Of a stretch of DNA of 32,000 nucleotides, positions 31,966 to 32,000 are shown in pieces. A program made the translations under genes and the position numbers. Origin of the DNA: Sedimentisphaera cyanobacteriorum (GTDB taxonomy: Bacteria; Planctomycetota; Phycisphaerae; Sedimentisphaerales; Sedimentisphaeraceae). The notes below the pieces were generated by a model. That model made no database searches and had not been told where the DNA came from. It worked only from the letters and a program-made list of their open reading frames with translations. Numbering within the stretch: the stretch's first letter is position 1; each line of letters starts with the position of its first letter. The DNA lies in assembly GCF_001997385.1 (NCBI RefSeq), contig NZ_CP019633.1, positions 1,410,001 to 1,442,000 on the forward strand. Direction: 5' to 3'.

Positions 31966-32000
31966 CCCCTTATAAGCACCTTTAAGAGTTTTTTCTGCTT

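Noticed and set aside
1-32000. A window-wide check for CRISPR arrays, long tandem DNA repeats, rRNA genes, and retron or DGR-type template/variable repeat pairs.
   Set aside because: No regularly spaced direct repeats, reverse transcriptase gene or rRNA-like sequence was seen. The only repeats are the IS termini and TSDs, and the codon-level protein repeats described above.

Overview
The window is mostly chromosomal and most genes are on the minus strand. Gene content (ECF sigma with a FecR-type anti-sigma, dockerin-like C-terminal tags, beta-helix exoproteins, anaerobe-type thiFSGH and PaaK+ACT) suggests an anaerobic PVC-type bacterium (Planctomycetota/Phycisphaerae-like). That taxonomic call is a low-confidence inference. 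Order of contents: (1) a glycan cluster with three glycosyltransferases of different folds (2-2580, +). (2) A convergent minus-strand cassette of a permuted DPPY DNA methyltransferase with K/R-rich tails, an FkbM methyltransferase and a ParB/Srx-like protein (2553-5028). (3) A secreted beta-helix protein, a secreted protein built from an unrecognised W-x-E-N-x-G-W-x-N-F repeat, and a GH53 galactanase (5296-8268). (4) A pabB-pabC fusion. (5) An smpB / small Cys-rich protein / sppA operon in which sppA is split by an intact IS5/IS1182-type element. (6) An acidic-tailed lipoprotein, then ilvB-ilvN-ilvC. (7) fbaB. (8) A paaK-like ligase / ACT / LolA-like / flavodoxin operon. (9) An ECF sigma with an anti-sigma carrying an NPCBM-like sensor domain. 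(10) An intact IS4-family element with a 9-bp target duplication, just upstream of a TPP riboswitch-controlled thiF-thiS-thiG-thiH operon. (11) An Rrf2 regulator, a MazG-like protein, a 100-aa protein combining an H1-like lysine-rich tail with an HBb/DUF1931-like histone fold, and a VanZ-like membrane protein. No rRNA, tRNA, tmRNA or CRISPR array was seen. The best candidates for something new are the tailed bacterial histone-fold protein and the MTase/FkbM/ParB-like cassette. All family calls come from motif recognition by eye and need profile searches to confirm.
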